Shown here piece after piece: positions 49,233 to 58,031 of a stretch of 64,000 bases of DNA. Each line of letters opens with the position of its first letter. Positions within the stretch are counted from its first letter, which is position 1. Below the pieces are notes generated by a model. It had not been told where the DNA came from, ran no database searches, and was given only the letters and a program-made list of their open reading frames with translations. Location of the stretch: IMG/VR virus record IMGVR_UViG_3300044612_002689; one strand, 5' to 3'. This stretch comes from an uncultured virus (IMG/VR IMGVR_UViG_3300044612_002689) (Duplodnaviria > Heunggongvirae > Uroviricota > Caudoviricetes). The translations under genes and the position numbers were made by a program.

Positions 49233-49688
49233 ATGGGAAGCGTAATTGATTATATCGAATGTCCAAATTGTAAACAAGAGGCATTTTCTGATTTTTATTA
49301 TAAAACAGGTGAAGAATATATTAACTGCAATAATTGTGGTTATCACTATTCACAATCATACAAAAGAGATAATGAGGGTAAACTTGTAACAAAAGATGGC
49401 ACTGACAACTATAAGTTTGATAATCTTATTATGGAAGTTTCGGAATTGAAAAATCCTTTTGGGTCTTACCGGTTAAAAGTTTACCATTCAATTGCAACTC
49501 AATGTGGGGTGTTTGAAAATGAAGAACAATATAACGAGTTTAAAGAAAGTATTCAAGAAGACGTTGAACTTGAATTTTGTTCTGTATCTAGATTTGTTGA
49601 TGGTGAGATTAAAGTTGAGGTATTAATCGACAACGGACCAGAAGTAGATTCGTCTGGTTTTACACATGAAGATAATTATCCTCAATAA
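49233..49688 (+). CDS. Zn-ribbon protein, 151 aa
   Basis: CPNC...CNNCG. Confidence 0.65.
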   Translation: MGSVIDYIECPNCKQEAFSDFYYKTGEEYINCNNCGYHYSQSYKRDNEGKLVTKDGTDNYKFDNLIMEVSELKNPFGSYRLKVYHSIATQCGVFENEEQYNEFKESIQEDVELEFCSVSRFVDGEIKVEVLIDNGPEVDSSGFTHEDNYPQ

Positions 49689-49690
49689 AT

Positions 49691-49722
49691 TTTGGTTTAT
49701 TAAAAATTATTTTTTACCTTTG
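49691..49722 (+). promoter_or_regulatory. Bacteroidota-type -33/-7 promoter
   Basis: TTTG-N20-TACCTTTG. Confidence 0.75.
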
Positions 49723-49749
49723 TATCATTATTAATTAATTATTTATTTT

Positions 49750-50508
49750 ATGAACGTTTATTCAAAAGAAACTATCAAAAGTTTGGCTCCCGCAGTTTTT
49801 GCATCATCCCCGTCAAATAAAATGACAAATAGGTATACTTTCGTACCCACAGATCAAATTTTAGAATACTTCGATAGAGAAGGTTGGAAAGTTGGATCAG
49901 TTCGTCAATCCGGTAAAGGTTTACACTCAATTCATGAAATTAAATTCAGGAATAGTCAATTACCCAAAGTTGGAGATTCGTTACTTGAAGCGGTTGTCCG
50001 TAACTCTCACAATGGTACTTGTTCTTTTTCTATGGGTGCCGGACTGTTCCGGTTAGTCTGCTCTAATGGTCTTACTGTACCAACAAGCGTTGGAGAAAGA
50101 TTTACATTGAGACACAAAAGTTTTTCTTTTGATGATGTTAAACAACTCGCAGATTCTTTCTCAAAAAAACTCCCAATGATTGAAAATTCTGTTGGACGCA
50201 TGATGGAAAAAGTTTTAACCGATCAAGAGAAAATTAATTTTGTTGAAGAGGCGATTAAAATCCGATGGTCTAATGGATTGATACCATTGAATATCAGTCA
50301 TGAAGAGATTTTACAACCACGTAGAATTGAAGATCAAGGAGATGATTTATGGAAAGTTTTTAATGTAGTACAAGAAAAAATGATTCGAGGTGGTGTGTCT
50401 TATTCTTCACCTAAAGGAAAGGTCAGATCTGCAAGAGAAATCAATAACATCGTTGCGAGTAATTCTATAAACACAAAATTGTGGGAAGCGGCAGAATTAA
50501 TTCTTTGA
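49750..50508 (+). CDS. DUF932/DUF945 family protein
   Basis: APAVFA, RYTFVPT, NSHNG, GLFRLVCSNGL and DLWKVFNVVQE motifs. Confidence 0.85.
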   Translation: MNVYSKETIKSLAPAVFASSPSNKMTNRYTFVPTDQILEYFDREGWKVGSVRQSGKGLHSIHEIKFRNSQLPKVGDSLLEAVVRNSHNGTCSFSMGAGLFRLVCSNGLTVPTSVGERFTLRHKSFSFDDVKQLADSFSKKLPMIENSVGRMMEKVLTDQEKINFVEEAIKIRWSNGLIPLNISHEEILQPRRIEDQGDDLWKVFNVVQEKMIRGGVSYSSPKGKVRSAREINNIVASNSINTKLWEAAELIL

Positions 50509-50531
50509 TATTTATAAATTGATTCTTAATC

Positions 50532-50555
50532 AGGGGGATCGGTTGGTCCCCCTTT
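50532..50555 (+). terminator. Hairpin terminator
   Basis: AGGGGGA-TCGGTTGG-TCCCCCT-TT. Confidence 0.6.
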
Positions 50556-50560
50556 ATAAT

Positions 50561-50905
50561 ATGGAAAAATTCAAACAAGAAGAACGTTTACTGGATTTGT
50601 TAACTCACGAAAAAGATTATTTGTATTCTTATATTGAGTTATCCACTGATATTGGATTAACCCCTCAGGATTTAGAGGGTAAATCAAAATTTAAACCCTT
50701 CATGATCTCTAGTTTAGAAAATCAAGGTGAAATCTGTTATTTAGAATCAATATTTACTTTCGACGATAATATATTTATATATTTATGTAGATCAGAAATT
50801 GTAATAAAATCTTTTTTTTGTAGGATATATTTTCCCATCGAAAAAAAGAATGATGTACAGTTCTTTTTGTTAAACCTAAAAAAAATGAAAAAAAATGGAA
50901 ATTAG
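50561..50905 (+). CDS. Hypothetical protein
   Basis: Start probably ATG 50561, after the hairpin. Confidence 0.55.
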   Translation: MEKFKQEERLLDLLTHEKDYLYSYIELSTDIGLTPQDLEGKSKFKPFMISSLENQGEICYLESIFTFDDNIFIYLCRSEIVIKSFFCRIYFPIEKKNDVQFFLLNLKKMKKNGN

Positions 50906-51209
50906 TAGTGTAGATTTACAACAAAAAATCAATAAAGGTGAAAAAGTTATTGTTGAATTTTGGGCCGAGTGGTGTGGACCTTGTCGTATGATGAAACCAA
51001 TATTTGAAAAAGTATCGAAAGAAAACACATCAAATGTACAAATGTATACACTTAACATCGATCACAACCGTGAAATTGCGGTAACTTTAGGGATCAGAAG
51101 TATACCCACCGTTAAAGTTTTCAATTCTGGACAAATTGTTGAAACAAAAGTTGGATTATTGAATGAGGGTCAAATAAACGAAATGGTTAAAGAATTAATT
51201 AATGGATAA
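50895..51209 (+). CDS. trxA: Thioredoxin
   Basis: FWAEWCGPC and IRSIPT. Confidence 0.92.
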   Translation: MEISSVDLQQKINKGEKVIVEFWAEWCGPCRMMKPIFEKVSKENTSNVQMYTLNIDHNREIAVTLGIRSIPTVKVFNSGQIVETKVGLLNEGQINEMVKELING

Positions 51210-51489
51210 GTTAGTTGTAATTTTTTCGATGAAATCTTGTCCTTTTTGTCACATGATGAAAGAAATGTTGGATAAAGAAAATATTCCTTATGTTGATAGA
51301 GATATTCATGAACATGAAGACGAGTATCAAATGTTTGTGGACGCTACTGGTAATGAATTTGTACCTTCATTTATGTTGATTGAGGATTATGAGAGTGAAA
51401 ATTCTAATACTCATCTTTTTGCTCCAGAAAGAGATTTCAATGAAATCCAGGATGGAGTACAAATCATTAAGGATTTCCTCAACTATTAA
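51202..51489 (+). CDS. Glutaredoxin-like protein
   Basis: CPFC active site and FVP cis-Pro motif. Confidence 0.8.
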   Translation: MDKLVVIFSMKSCPFCHMMKEMLDKENIPYVDRDIHEHEDEYQMFVDATGNEFVPSFMLIEDYESENSNTHLFAPERDFNEIQDGVQIIKDFLNY

Positions 51490-52172
51490 AAAATAATAAT
51501 ATCCACAAGACGATCCTGAACTAAATAAGGTTTGTTTACGTCCGGACTTATAATGTCCTCAAGTATATTGTAATTTTCTAATTTTTCTCTAAATACTTTT
51601 AGGTCAAAATCAAACACATCCAATATTAAATTTTCTATGGTGTCGGTTTCATACATTGATTTTGTTTGAATCTCCAATCCAAGGTCTTCTTCTTTATTTT
51701 TAAGTTCGATTTTCATTTGATTTGAATTTATGGTGGAAGATATTTGATTAAAAATATACAAATAATAGTAATAAATTAATCGTCCAGTGTCATAACTAAA
51801 TCCATGAGGAAAAGAGGATTTAAATGAAAGATCAAAACCATCTGAACAAAATTCTTGATAAATTGGTTTTTCTATTTGTACTTGGAAAAAATTATTTACT
51901 TCTATTTTCTGATCATAACTTAGTAAATCAACTACATTAAAAGTTTTTTCAAAATAAGAATCTAAATATTCTGAAAAAATTTCACAAAATTCATCTCTAA
52001 CTGATCCCATGTCTAATTTAACTGTTGAGTTTGTCACACCATTTATTAAGAAAAAAGAATTAAAGTCGATTACCTCAATTTTGGATAAATAATCAATTCC
52101 AATTTTGGTTAATATAAAATCGGCAAATAGATTTACAACATAATAACGAGAAGTTTTTTCAAATTTTTTCAT
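51486..52172 (-). CDS. Degenerate MetK (SAM synthetase)-like protein, N- and C-terminal domains only
   Basis: By-eye pattern match to the MetK N- and C-terminal domains; GHPDK absent. Confidence 0.45.
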   Translation of the reverse strand: [228 protein letters not shown]

Positions 52173-52222
52173 ATCTTTTTTTATAATTGATATGATTTTT
52201 TTTTGAATAGATAAATAGTAAA

Positions 52223-53197
52223 TTAAATATATGAGTCAAATAAATCATTCATCACTATTGAAATATCTTTTGAATCTGGTTCTTCAGGGTCAAAGTCAAT
52301 TTCTGGAAGACAACCGTAGGATATTAAATTCAATATTATGTTTTCGAACATACTGTCGTTATAGATTGATTCTCTATAATCCGACATACAGTTAAAATAA
52401 TTTTCTAGAATAGAATAAAAATCTTTAATTTTGAGGTATTCATCACCTTGATAATGATATATCTTCGGATAAAAAACATTTCTCAAAGAATATAAAATTA
52501 ATTTTTCACCTTTATGTTTTCTAGCAAGTCTATAGGACTCGTTATATAAATTGTAAAGGGTTGATTCTACTTCCACAAAATCGTCCGTAAAAAGAACTGC
52601 AGTAAAAATACTTTCATTTCTGAGTATTTCGTCAATGTTATCTAAAATACTAAATGTTTTTTCATCTTGAGTAAGGTAATTCTCAATTTCTCCGGTGTTA
52701 ATCACAAAATCATCTAACTCTAGATTTACGTCTGACCAGTATTCTAAAATAAAATTTTTGAAATAATTTTTGTTTTCCTGATTCAAATTTTTATAAACAT
52801 CATAAAAGAAGTTTATTGAACCCTCATCCAAAAATTCTTCAGTTTCATACAAACTTTTAATAAAATCATATTCTGGTTGATGAGGAAAAAATTCAATCAA
52901 TTTTTTAAGATCACCACCAAAAATATTGAAATAAGCATCATCTCCAATAACTAATACACCGTAAACATGTTCCTCAAAATAATTAATCCCCGCTTGTTCT
53001 AAAATTCTTAAACAGTAATTATTAAATTTGTACTCTTCATAATCACTTAAAGAAAACCACAAAGGGTATAACCCAATTTTGGAAAGTTTCCCCTTAGACT
53101 CAACAAAATTAAAAAAGTTATCAACATTTTTAAAAATTAAATAAAGTTTGTCATATTCAGTGGCATTAAATTCTTCAATAAGTGTGTCAATATTCAT
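52223..53197 (-). CDS. Acidic hypothetical protein, paralog of 53201-54316
   Basis: MNIDTLIEEFN vs MNIEQLIEYFN; similar C-termini. Confidence 0.65.
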   Translation of the reverse strand: MNIDTLIEEFNATEYDKLYLIFKNVDNFFNFVESKGKLSKIGLYPLWFSLSDYEEYKFNNYCLRILEQAGINYFEEHVYGVLVIGDDAYFNIFGGDLKKLIEFFPHQPEYDFIKSLYETEEFLDEGSINFFYDVYKNLNQENKNYFKNFILEYWSDVNLELDDFVINTGEIENYLTQDEKTFSILDNIDEILRNESIFTAVLFTDDFVEVESTLYNLYNESYRLARKHKGEKLILYSLRNVFYPKIYHYQGDEYLKIKDFYSILENYFNCMSDYRESIYNDSMFENIILNLISYGCLPEIDFDPEEPDSKDISIVMNDLFDSYI

Positions 53198-53200
53198 TAT

Positions 53201-54316
53201 TTAATAAATATAATCATCGAAATATTCGTTAATATTCTTTCCTGTTCTGTCCCAGTCGGGATATTCAGGAACTCTAAAATCAATACACTCAATATCATCC
53301 TGATATATCATTTCTTTCATTAATTCGGTTAAACTACCAAAATAATCCAAAAAAGAATCATTGTAAGTACCACCTTTATTATTTTCTAAAAATGTTTCAA
53401 TTATGGTTTGAAAATCCCTAATTTTAATGTAACTGTCGTATCTTGTTATTTTAGAGCCGTCAGTTCTAGTAACCTCTCTTGGAACATCATCAATTCTACC
53501 TTCAAAGTATTCGTCTAAACCATCATAGACAAGATCATACACCTCATCCTCATAAGCACTATTTTCTGCTGACCAATATAAACTTTTTAAATTAGAACCT
53601 AACTCATCCAAATCATTTTTACATAATTCATTAAAAGCGTCTTCATCACTAACTAAACCATTCAAGTCTTCGGATCTTATTCTAAAATAACCATCAGTTC
53701 CTTGTTCTTCAGAAAGTTCAGAAAAAAAGTCAGAGTCATAATCCTCTGAAGATAATTCTACATCTCCGATTTCTTTGAAAATAATATCTTTAAGTGCTGT
53801 AATGTTTGAGTCATCTAATTCATCAACAACTTGATGTGGATGAACACTGTCATCGAAATACCAATCATGACCTAAACCATCTTCACTTAAAACTTTTTCA
53901 GCAACGTATCTAGCCCCACCATTTCGATCCTCACAAAAAAGAATTTTTAATTCTTCTCTATCTCTTAAATGAAGATAAAAACCGTCAGGTCTATTATCTA
54001 CATCAGTAATAAGATTATTTGTAATATACTCCATAGCCCATTCGTAGTTATGACTCAATTCATATAATAAAAAATGGTTTTTAAATTCTTCTGGAACATC
54101 ATCATACTGTGATTCTTCTATTAAATTATTATCAATCAAGAATTCCCAAATGTCATCGTCAAAACTTTCACTAGGAATCCCATTTAATTCTATTAAATGA
54201 AATAAATTTTTTGAAACAACAAATCTAAAAAATTCTTTTACAGATCCGAAAATGGGTTTAATATAAGTCTCATATTCCCCATCATTGAAATATTCAATTA
54301 ATTGCTCTATATTCAT
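53201..54316 (-). CDS. Highly acidic hypothetical protein
   Basis: D/E-rich; start probably ATG 54316, 5 nt after TATTTAT (54322-54328). Confidence 0.65.
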   Translation of the reverse strand: MNIEQLIEYFNDGEYETYIKPIFGSVKEFFRFVVSKNLFHLIELNGIPSESFDDDIWEFLIDNNLIEESQYDDVPEEFKNHFLLYELSHNYEWAMEYITNNLITDVDNRPDGFYLHLRDREELKILFCEDRNGGARYVAEKVLSEDGLGHDWYFDDSVHPHQVVDELDDSNITALKDIIFKEIGDVELSSEDYDSDFFSELSEEQGTDGYFRIRSEDLNGLVSDEDAFNELCKNDLDELGSNLKSLYWSAENSAYEDEVYDLVYDGLDEYFEGRIDDVPREVTRTDGSKITRYDSYIKIRDFQTIIETFLENNKGGTYNDSFLDYFGSLTELMKEMIYQDDIECIDFRVPEYPDWDRTGKNINEYFDDYIY

Positions 54317-54330
54317 TATTAATAAATACA

Positions 54331-54356
54331 AAAAAAGGGTGAAAAATTCACCCTTT
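54331..54356 (-). terminator. Intrinsic terminator (minus strand)
   Basis: AAAGGGTGAA-AAA-TTCACCCTTT with an A-run on its left (T-run on minus). Confidence 0.7.
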
Positions 54357-54380
54357 AGTTAAGACTTTCTTTAACATCAA

Positions 54381-54533
54381 TTATTTTTTGTAGTATTTTT
54401 CAACAACCTTCTTAACATTTTCCTGAACCGAAGTATTTTGTACAACTGGTTGAGGTTGTTGTTGTTGAGGTTGTTGCGTGCTTGCTACATTATTTGTTGA
54501 TGCTCCGTTTTTGTTTTTACATCCGCAACCCAT
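54381..54533 (-). CDS. Small MGCGCK-start, Gln-rich protein
   Basis: Start probably ATG 54533; TATTTAT at 54562-54568. Confidence 0.6.
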   Translation of the reverse strand: MGCGCKNKNGASTNNVASTQQPQQQQPQPVVQNTSVQENVKKVVEKYYKK

Positions 54534-54600
54534 GATAATTTTTTTTATTAGTTTATTTACCATAAATATCGCATTGAAAATATAATTGTAAAGAAAAAAG

Positions 54601-54607
54601 TATTTAT
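54601..54607 (+). promoter_or_regulatory. TATTTAT putative late promoter motif
   Basis: 13 nt upstream of ATG 54621. Confidence 0.55.
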
Positions 54608-54620
54608 ATAAAAAAATTTG

Positions 54621-56093
54621 ATGTTTTATAATTTTAAAAAAATACTTAAAGAAGAAAAAGAAGAAGTTATACTCAGCCCTGAACAGTATCTTACAATTCT
54701 AAGTTCAATGAACTATCGAAGTGATTTTGTCCAAAACTTAGCACCTTTCAAAAATAAAAAAATTATAATCAGCGGCAGTTTACGAATTCAATCACTTCCA
54801 GTAAAAAAACTAAATGATCTTCACATAGAAGGTTCACTTATGGCAACTGATAGTGAATTAGAAAACATTGATGGAACCGAAATAGATGGTGGTTTTTATT
54901 ACTCAAATACACCATATCAAAAAAAAATGCTTGAAAAAAGAGCACAAGAAGAACAAGAAACATCATCGATTAATAGGTTAAATAATACTTTGTTAATAGA
55001 TGATTTTTACGAAACAAATGAGTTAAATGGATTGACGGCAATTTACAACTATTTTCTTTCATCAGGAAAGTTTAAGGAATATTCGGATGATCAAAAGTTG
55101 AGAATAAAAGAAATCAGAAAAATTTTTAAAAATCAGATAGACCCATCCGCTGAACTTATACGTGAACTATCTCAAGAATTAAAAGAAATATCGTTATCAG
55201 TTGGGGGGGACATTTATGACTTTATGATTGTGTCCGGAATTTATTCAATTCTTACGGTGAAGTGTACAAACAAAAATTTTTACGGAGAAGAATATAAAGT
55301 TGGGACCGATGATGAATTTCATGATGAACTTAAAGAGTATTGGGAAGGTTACCTAAGAGATAATTTGATGTCATTAGATGAATCATTAATTTTACGTTAT
55401 TTAGATGTGGATTCTATTAAACAAAATTTAAGAGATCAAATTGAAGATGAAATAAGAGAATACCCAGGGGAATGGGAATTGAAATATGAACTCGACCCAT
55501 ATCAACTTCAAAGGATCGATGAATTAAATGATGAAATATTTTTTCTTGAAATCGAGGAATCATTAATTACAAAAGGTGCTAAACCAGAATTAAAACTTTT
55601 AGAAAATTTTGGCAAAAAAGGTTTAGAATATATTGACGGAAATAACATAAAATTCAAAGTTGTTTTTGACCCATTCTTCAAAATTTATATTAATAATTCA
55701 GAAGTTGATAAAATTCCTGCTCCGGATCTAAAAGACATAGAATATTATGAAGATGACGACAGAAGTAAAAGACTTAATCTAATTGGATATCATATTGATA
55801 AATTAAATTCTGAAATTCAAGAAATAGAACTTAATCCGGAAGGTCCAATCGATGAATCGGATTTGTCTGATATAGTTGACCAGGAATTAGACAAAATTGA
55901 TGACAACCCCATCCAAACTTTAAAAGATCGAGACCTTTGGGGTTATTCTGATTTGTCATATTTTTTAGAATTTGATGATATGGCAAGAGATTATGCCGCA
56001 GATAAAGACTATCATGTTCTTTCTTTGGATAATTATTATTTTGAATATAATGTCGACGGAGAGACATATATTGTAATAAGAGTTTCTGATTAA
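54621..56093 (+). CDS. Acidic protein with LRR-like N-terminal repeats and ArdA-like C-terminal motif
   Basis: ISGSLRI...IEGSLMA...IDGGFY repeats; YFLEFDDMARDY near the C-terminus. Confidence 0.5.
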   Translation: MFYNFKKILKEEKEEVILSPEQYLTILSSMNYRSDFVQNLAPFKNKKIIISGSLRIQSLPVKKLNDLHIEGSLMATDSELENIDGTEIDGGFYYSNTPYQKKMLEKRAQEEQETSSINRLNNTLLIDDFYETNELNGLTAIYNYFLSSGKFKEYSDDQKLRIKEIRKIFKNQIDPSAELIRELSQELKEISLSVGGDIYDFMIVSGIYSILTVKCTNKNFYGEEYKVGTDDEFHDELKEYWEGYLRDNLMSLDESLILRYLDVDSIKQNLRDQIEDEIREYPGEWELKYELDPYQLQRIDELNDEIFFLEIEESLITKGAKPELKLLENFGKKGLEYIDGNNIKFKVVFDPFFKIYINNSEVDKIPAPDLKDIEYYEDDDRSKRLNLIGYHIDKLNSEIQEIELNPEGPIDESDLSDIVDQELDKIDDNPIQTLKDRDLWGYSDLSYFLEFDDMARDYAADKDYHVLSLDNYYFEYNVDGETYIVIRVSD

Positions 56094-56134
56094 AATGCTT
56101 TAAAATATAAATTATTTTAGTTATATTTTAGGAA

Positions 56135-56923
56135 GTGATGTCAAAACAAGGAAAAATCGATTTTTTATTACCTACAGATTGGATGTTTGAAAAACCAATA
56201 GATTCTGAACACAAAGAATATAAATTACTTTCTTACTTTCAAAAAATGGGGGAGAAATTGGATAATCTTGAACTTTATCCTGGATTTATAGAACTATCAT
56301 TACATCTAATTAATATTCAAACATTATATAAACAAAGAAAAATTATTTATACCGATAAAAAATTCACATCAATAGATGACGAACTTCTTTTAAAGGATTT
56401 GAAAATTAAGAATTTACCAGATCTTACACCAGTTGAATTTTCCGAACTTAACAAAATTTTACAATATTCCTCACCAATGATCACAGAATATTTCGAAATT
56501 GCAAAATCTATTTGGAGTGCTATTTTTGACTCAGTGGATGTTAAATTGAAAAAAAATAAAAAATTTATCAGATCCAACGACGGATTCTTTTTTTATAGGA
56601 ATTTAGAAACAAACATGATTTACATCTGGAAATATAACATTAAAAAAGTAAGCAAAACATCAACCGAAACCAAAACCACAACAAAATTATTGTTCAAGGA
56701 CCTTACTAACGATTTGACCATACCAAAAATTTTTCTTAATATTTTTGAAAAAAACCCAAAATTAAAAAAAGATTCACCAATTTTTGAAATGAAATCTAAA
56801 GGAGTTTTACCAATTGAGGAAACTTTGTTACCAATATTCAAAAGAAAGGTGATGTCTTACATTTTACAGACCATCCTTTTTGAAAAACAAAAAGAAGATA
56901 ATTTAAATATATCAATTGATTAA
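56135..56923 (+). CDS. Hypothetical protein, 262 aa
   Basis: DWMFEKPIDSEHKEYKLLSY; TTTAAA-N17-TATATT upstream. Confidence 0.6.
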   Translation: MMSKQGKIDFLLPTDWMFEKPIDSEHKEYKLLSYFQKMGEKLDNLELYPGFIELSLHLINIQTLYKQRKIIYTDKKFTSIDDELLLKDLKIKNLPDLTPVEFSELNKILQYSSPMITEYFEIAKSIWSAIFDSVDVKLKKNKKFIRSNDGFFFYRNLETNMIYIWKYNIKKVSKTSTETKTTTKLLFKDLTNDLTIPKIFLNIFEKNPKLKKDSPIFEMKSKGVLPIEETLLPIFKRKVMSYILQTILFEKQKEDNLNISID

Positions 56924-56933
56924 AATACAAAAA

Positions 56934-57089
56934 ATGAAAAATAAAAAAATTATTGAAGTGAATTTGGGTGTTGGGGCTGATCAACTATTTCCAGAAATTA
57001 TTAAAATTTTGATTGAAGATGATTCTGTAAATGAAGAAAAAAAAACGGTTAAAAAAAGTAAAAAAACCAAAGAAGAAAAATTAAAATAG
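56934..57089 (+). CDS. Small protein, 51 aa (not in ORF track)
   Basis: MKNKKIIEVNLGVGADQLFPEII...; fills the gap. Confidence 0.45.
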   Translation: MKNKKIIEVNLGVGADQLFPEIIKILIEDDSVNEEKKTVKKSKKTKEEKLK

Positions 57090-57093
57090 TAGA

Positions 57094-57336
57094 ATGTTTG
57101 AAGAAAAAGAGATGGTCAATCACCCTGATCACTATCAATCTGGTAAAAATAATGAATACGAGGCAATCAAAGTTATTGATGCTTGGGATTTAGGATTTAG
57201 TTTAGGAAACACAGTAAAATATATATCACGTGCAGGAAAAAAAGGAAAAGACAAAGAACTTGAAGACCTCAGAAAGGCATTATGGTACCTCCAACACCAC
57301 ATCGAAACAATTGAAGAAAAAAACCGGAATCAATAA
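57094..57336 (+). CDS. DUF3310 family protein
   Basis: VNHPDHY, LGNTVKYISRAG and EDLRKALWYL motifs. Confidence 0.85.
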   Translation: MFEEKEMVNHPDHYQSGKNNEYEAIKVIDAWDLGFSLGNTVKYISRAGKKGKDKELEDLRKALWYLQHHIETIEEKNRNQ

Positions 57337-57625
57337 AGAGATAACTATCTGGGATGCTTTAACAACACCCAAAGAGTTGATGAGAGAAACTCTTATAAAT
57401 TTCTCCTGGGGATTTCTAGGGAATTCAATTGTCGTGTTCGCTTCGAAAGAAATGGACTTACTGGTACTATTTAATTTTATACTATACTACATTTTCATTT
57501 CTTACATTGTGAATAGACAAAAATATGAGACCCTACTTGGAAAATTTATAGTTTTACCAGGATCAGCAGCCGCAGGAGCATTTGCCGGTTACAAATTGGC
57601 TCAACTTATATCAACTTTCGGTTGA
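57311..57625 (+). CDS. Membrane protein
   Basis: About three hydrophobic helices; start uncertain (TTG 57311 likely). Confidence 0.5.
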   Translation: MKKKTGINKEITIWDALTTPKELMRETLINFSWGFLGNSIVVFASKEMDLLVLFNFILYYIFISYIVNRQKYETLLGKFIVLPGSAAAGAFAGYKLAQLISTFG

Positions 57626-58003
57626 TTATTCTTCAATCAAGACAGAATCACCAACTCTAATGTCGTATTTTAAACAGTCACCACCAGGTATTTCTAAAAC
57701 AATATCCCCGGTACCAGGATAATTTATACATTCACTTGGATTTTCTTCTCGACATGGAGGACAATTTGAGTAAATTTTTGAAATAACATGTCTATTACTT
57801 GAATTAGATGAATGGCTAATATAGATTATGTCCAATGGTATCACACAATTATACATCCAAAAACTGTGATTACCATAACCCATCATAAACATCATACCAT
57901 CAAAAGTTGAATCGAATTTCTTGAGTTGCATACCTTCTTTAATGTCCTTGTCTGTCATCATGCATTTGACATTGTAAGAATTATTATTTATTATTACTTC
58001 CAT
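57626..58003 (-). CDS. DUF192 family protein
   Basis: GMMF, SFWMYN..IPLDIIYI, VLEIPGG and IRVGD; TATTTAT at 58008-58014. Confidence 0.85.
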   Translation of the reverse strand: MEVIINNNSYNVKCMMTDKDIKEGMQLKKFDSTFDGMMFMMGYGNHSFWMYNCVIPLDIIYISHSSNSSNRHVISKIYSNCPPCREENPSECINYPGTGDIVLEIPGGDCLKYDIRVGDSVLIEE

Positions 58004-58031
58004 ACTTATAAATATAAAAAAATAATATTAA

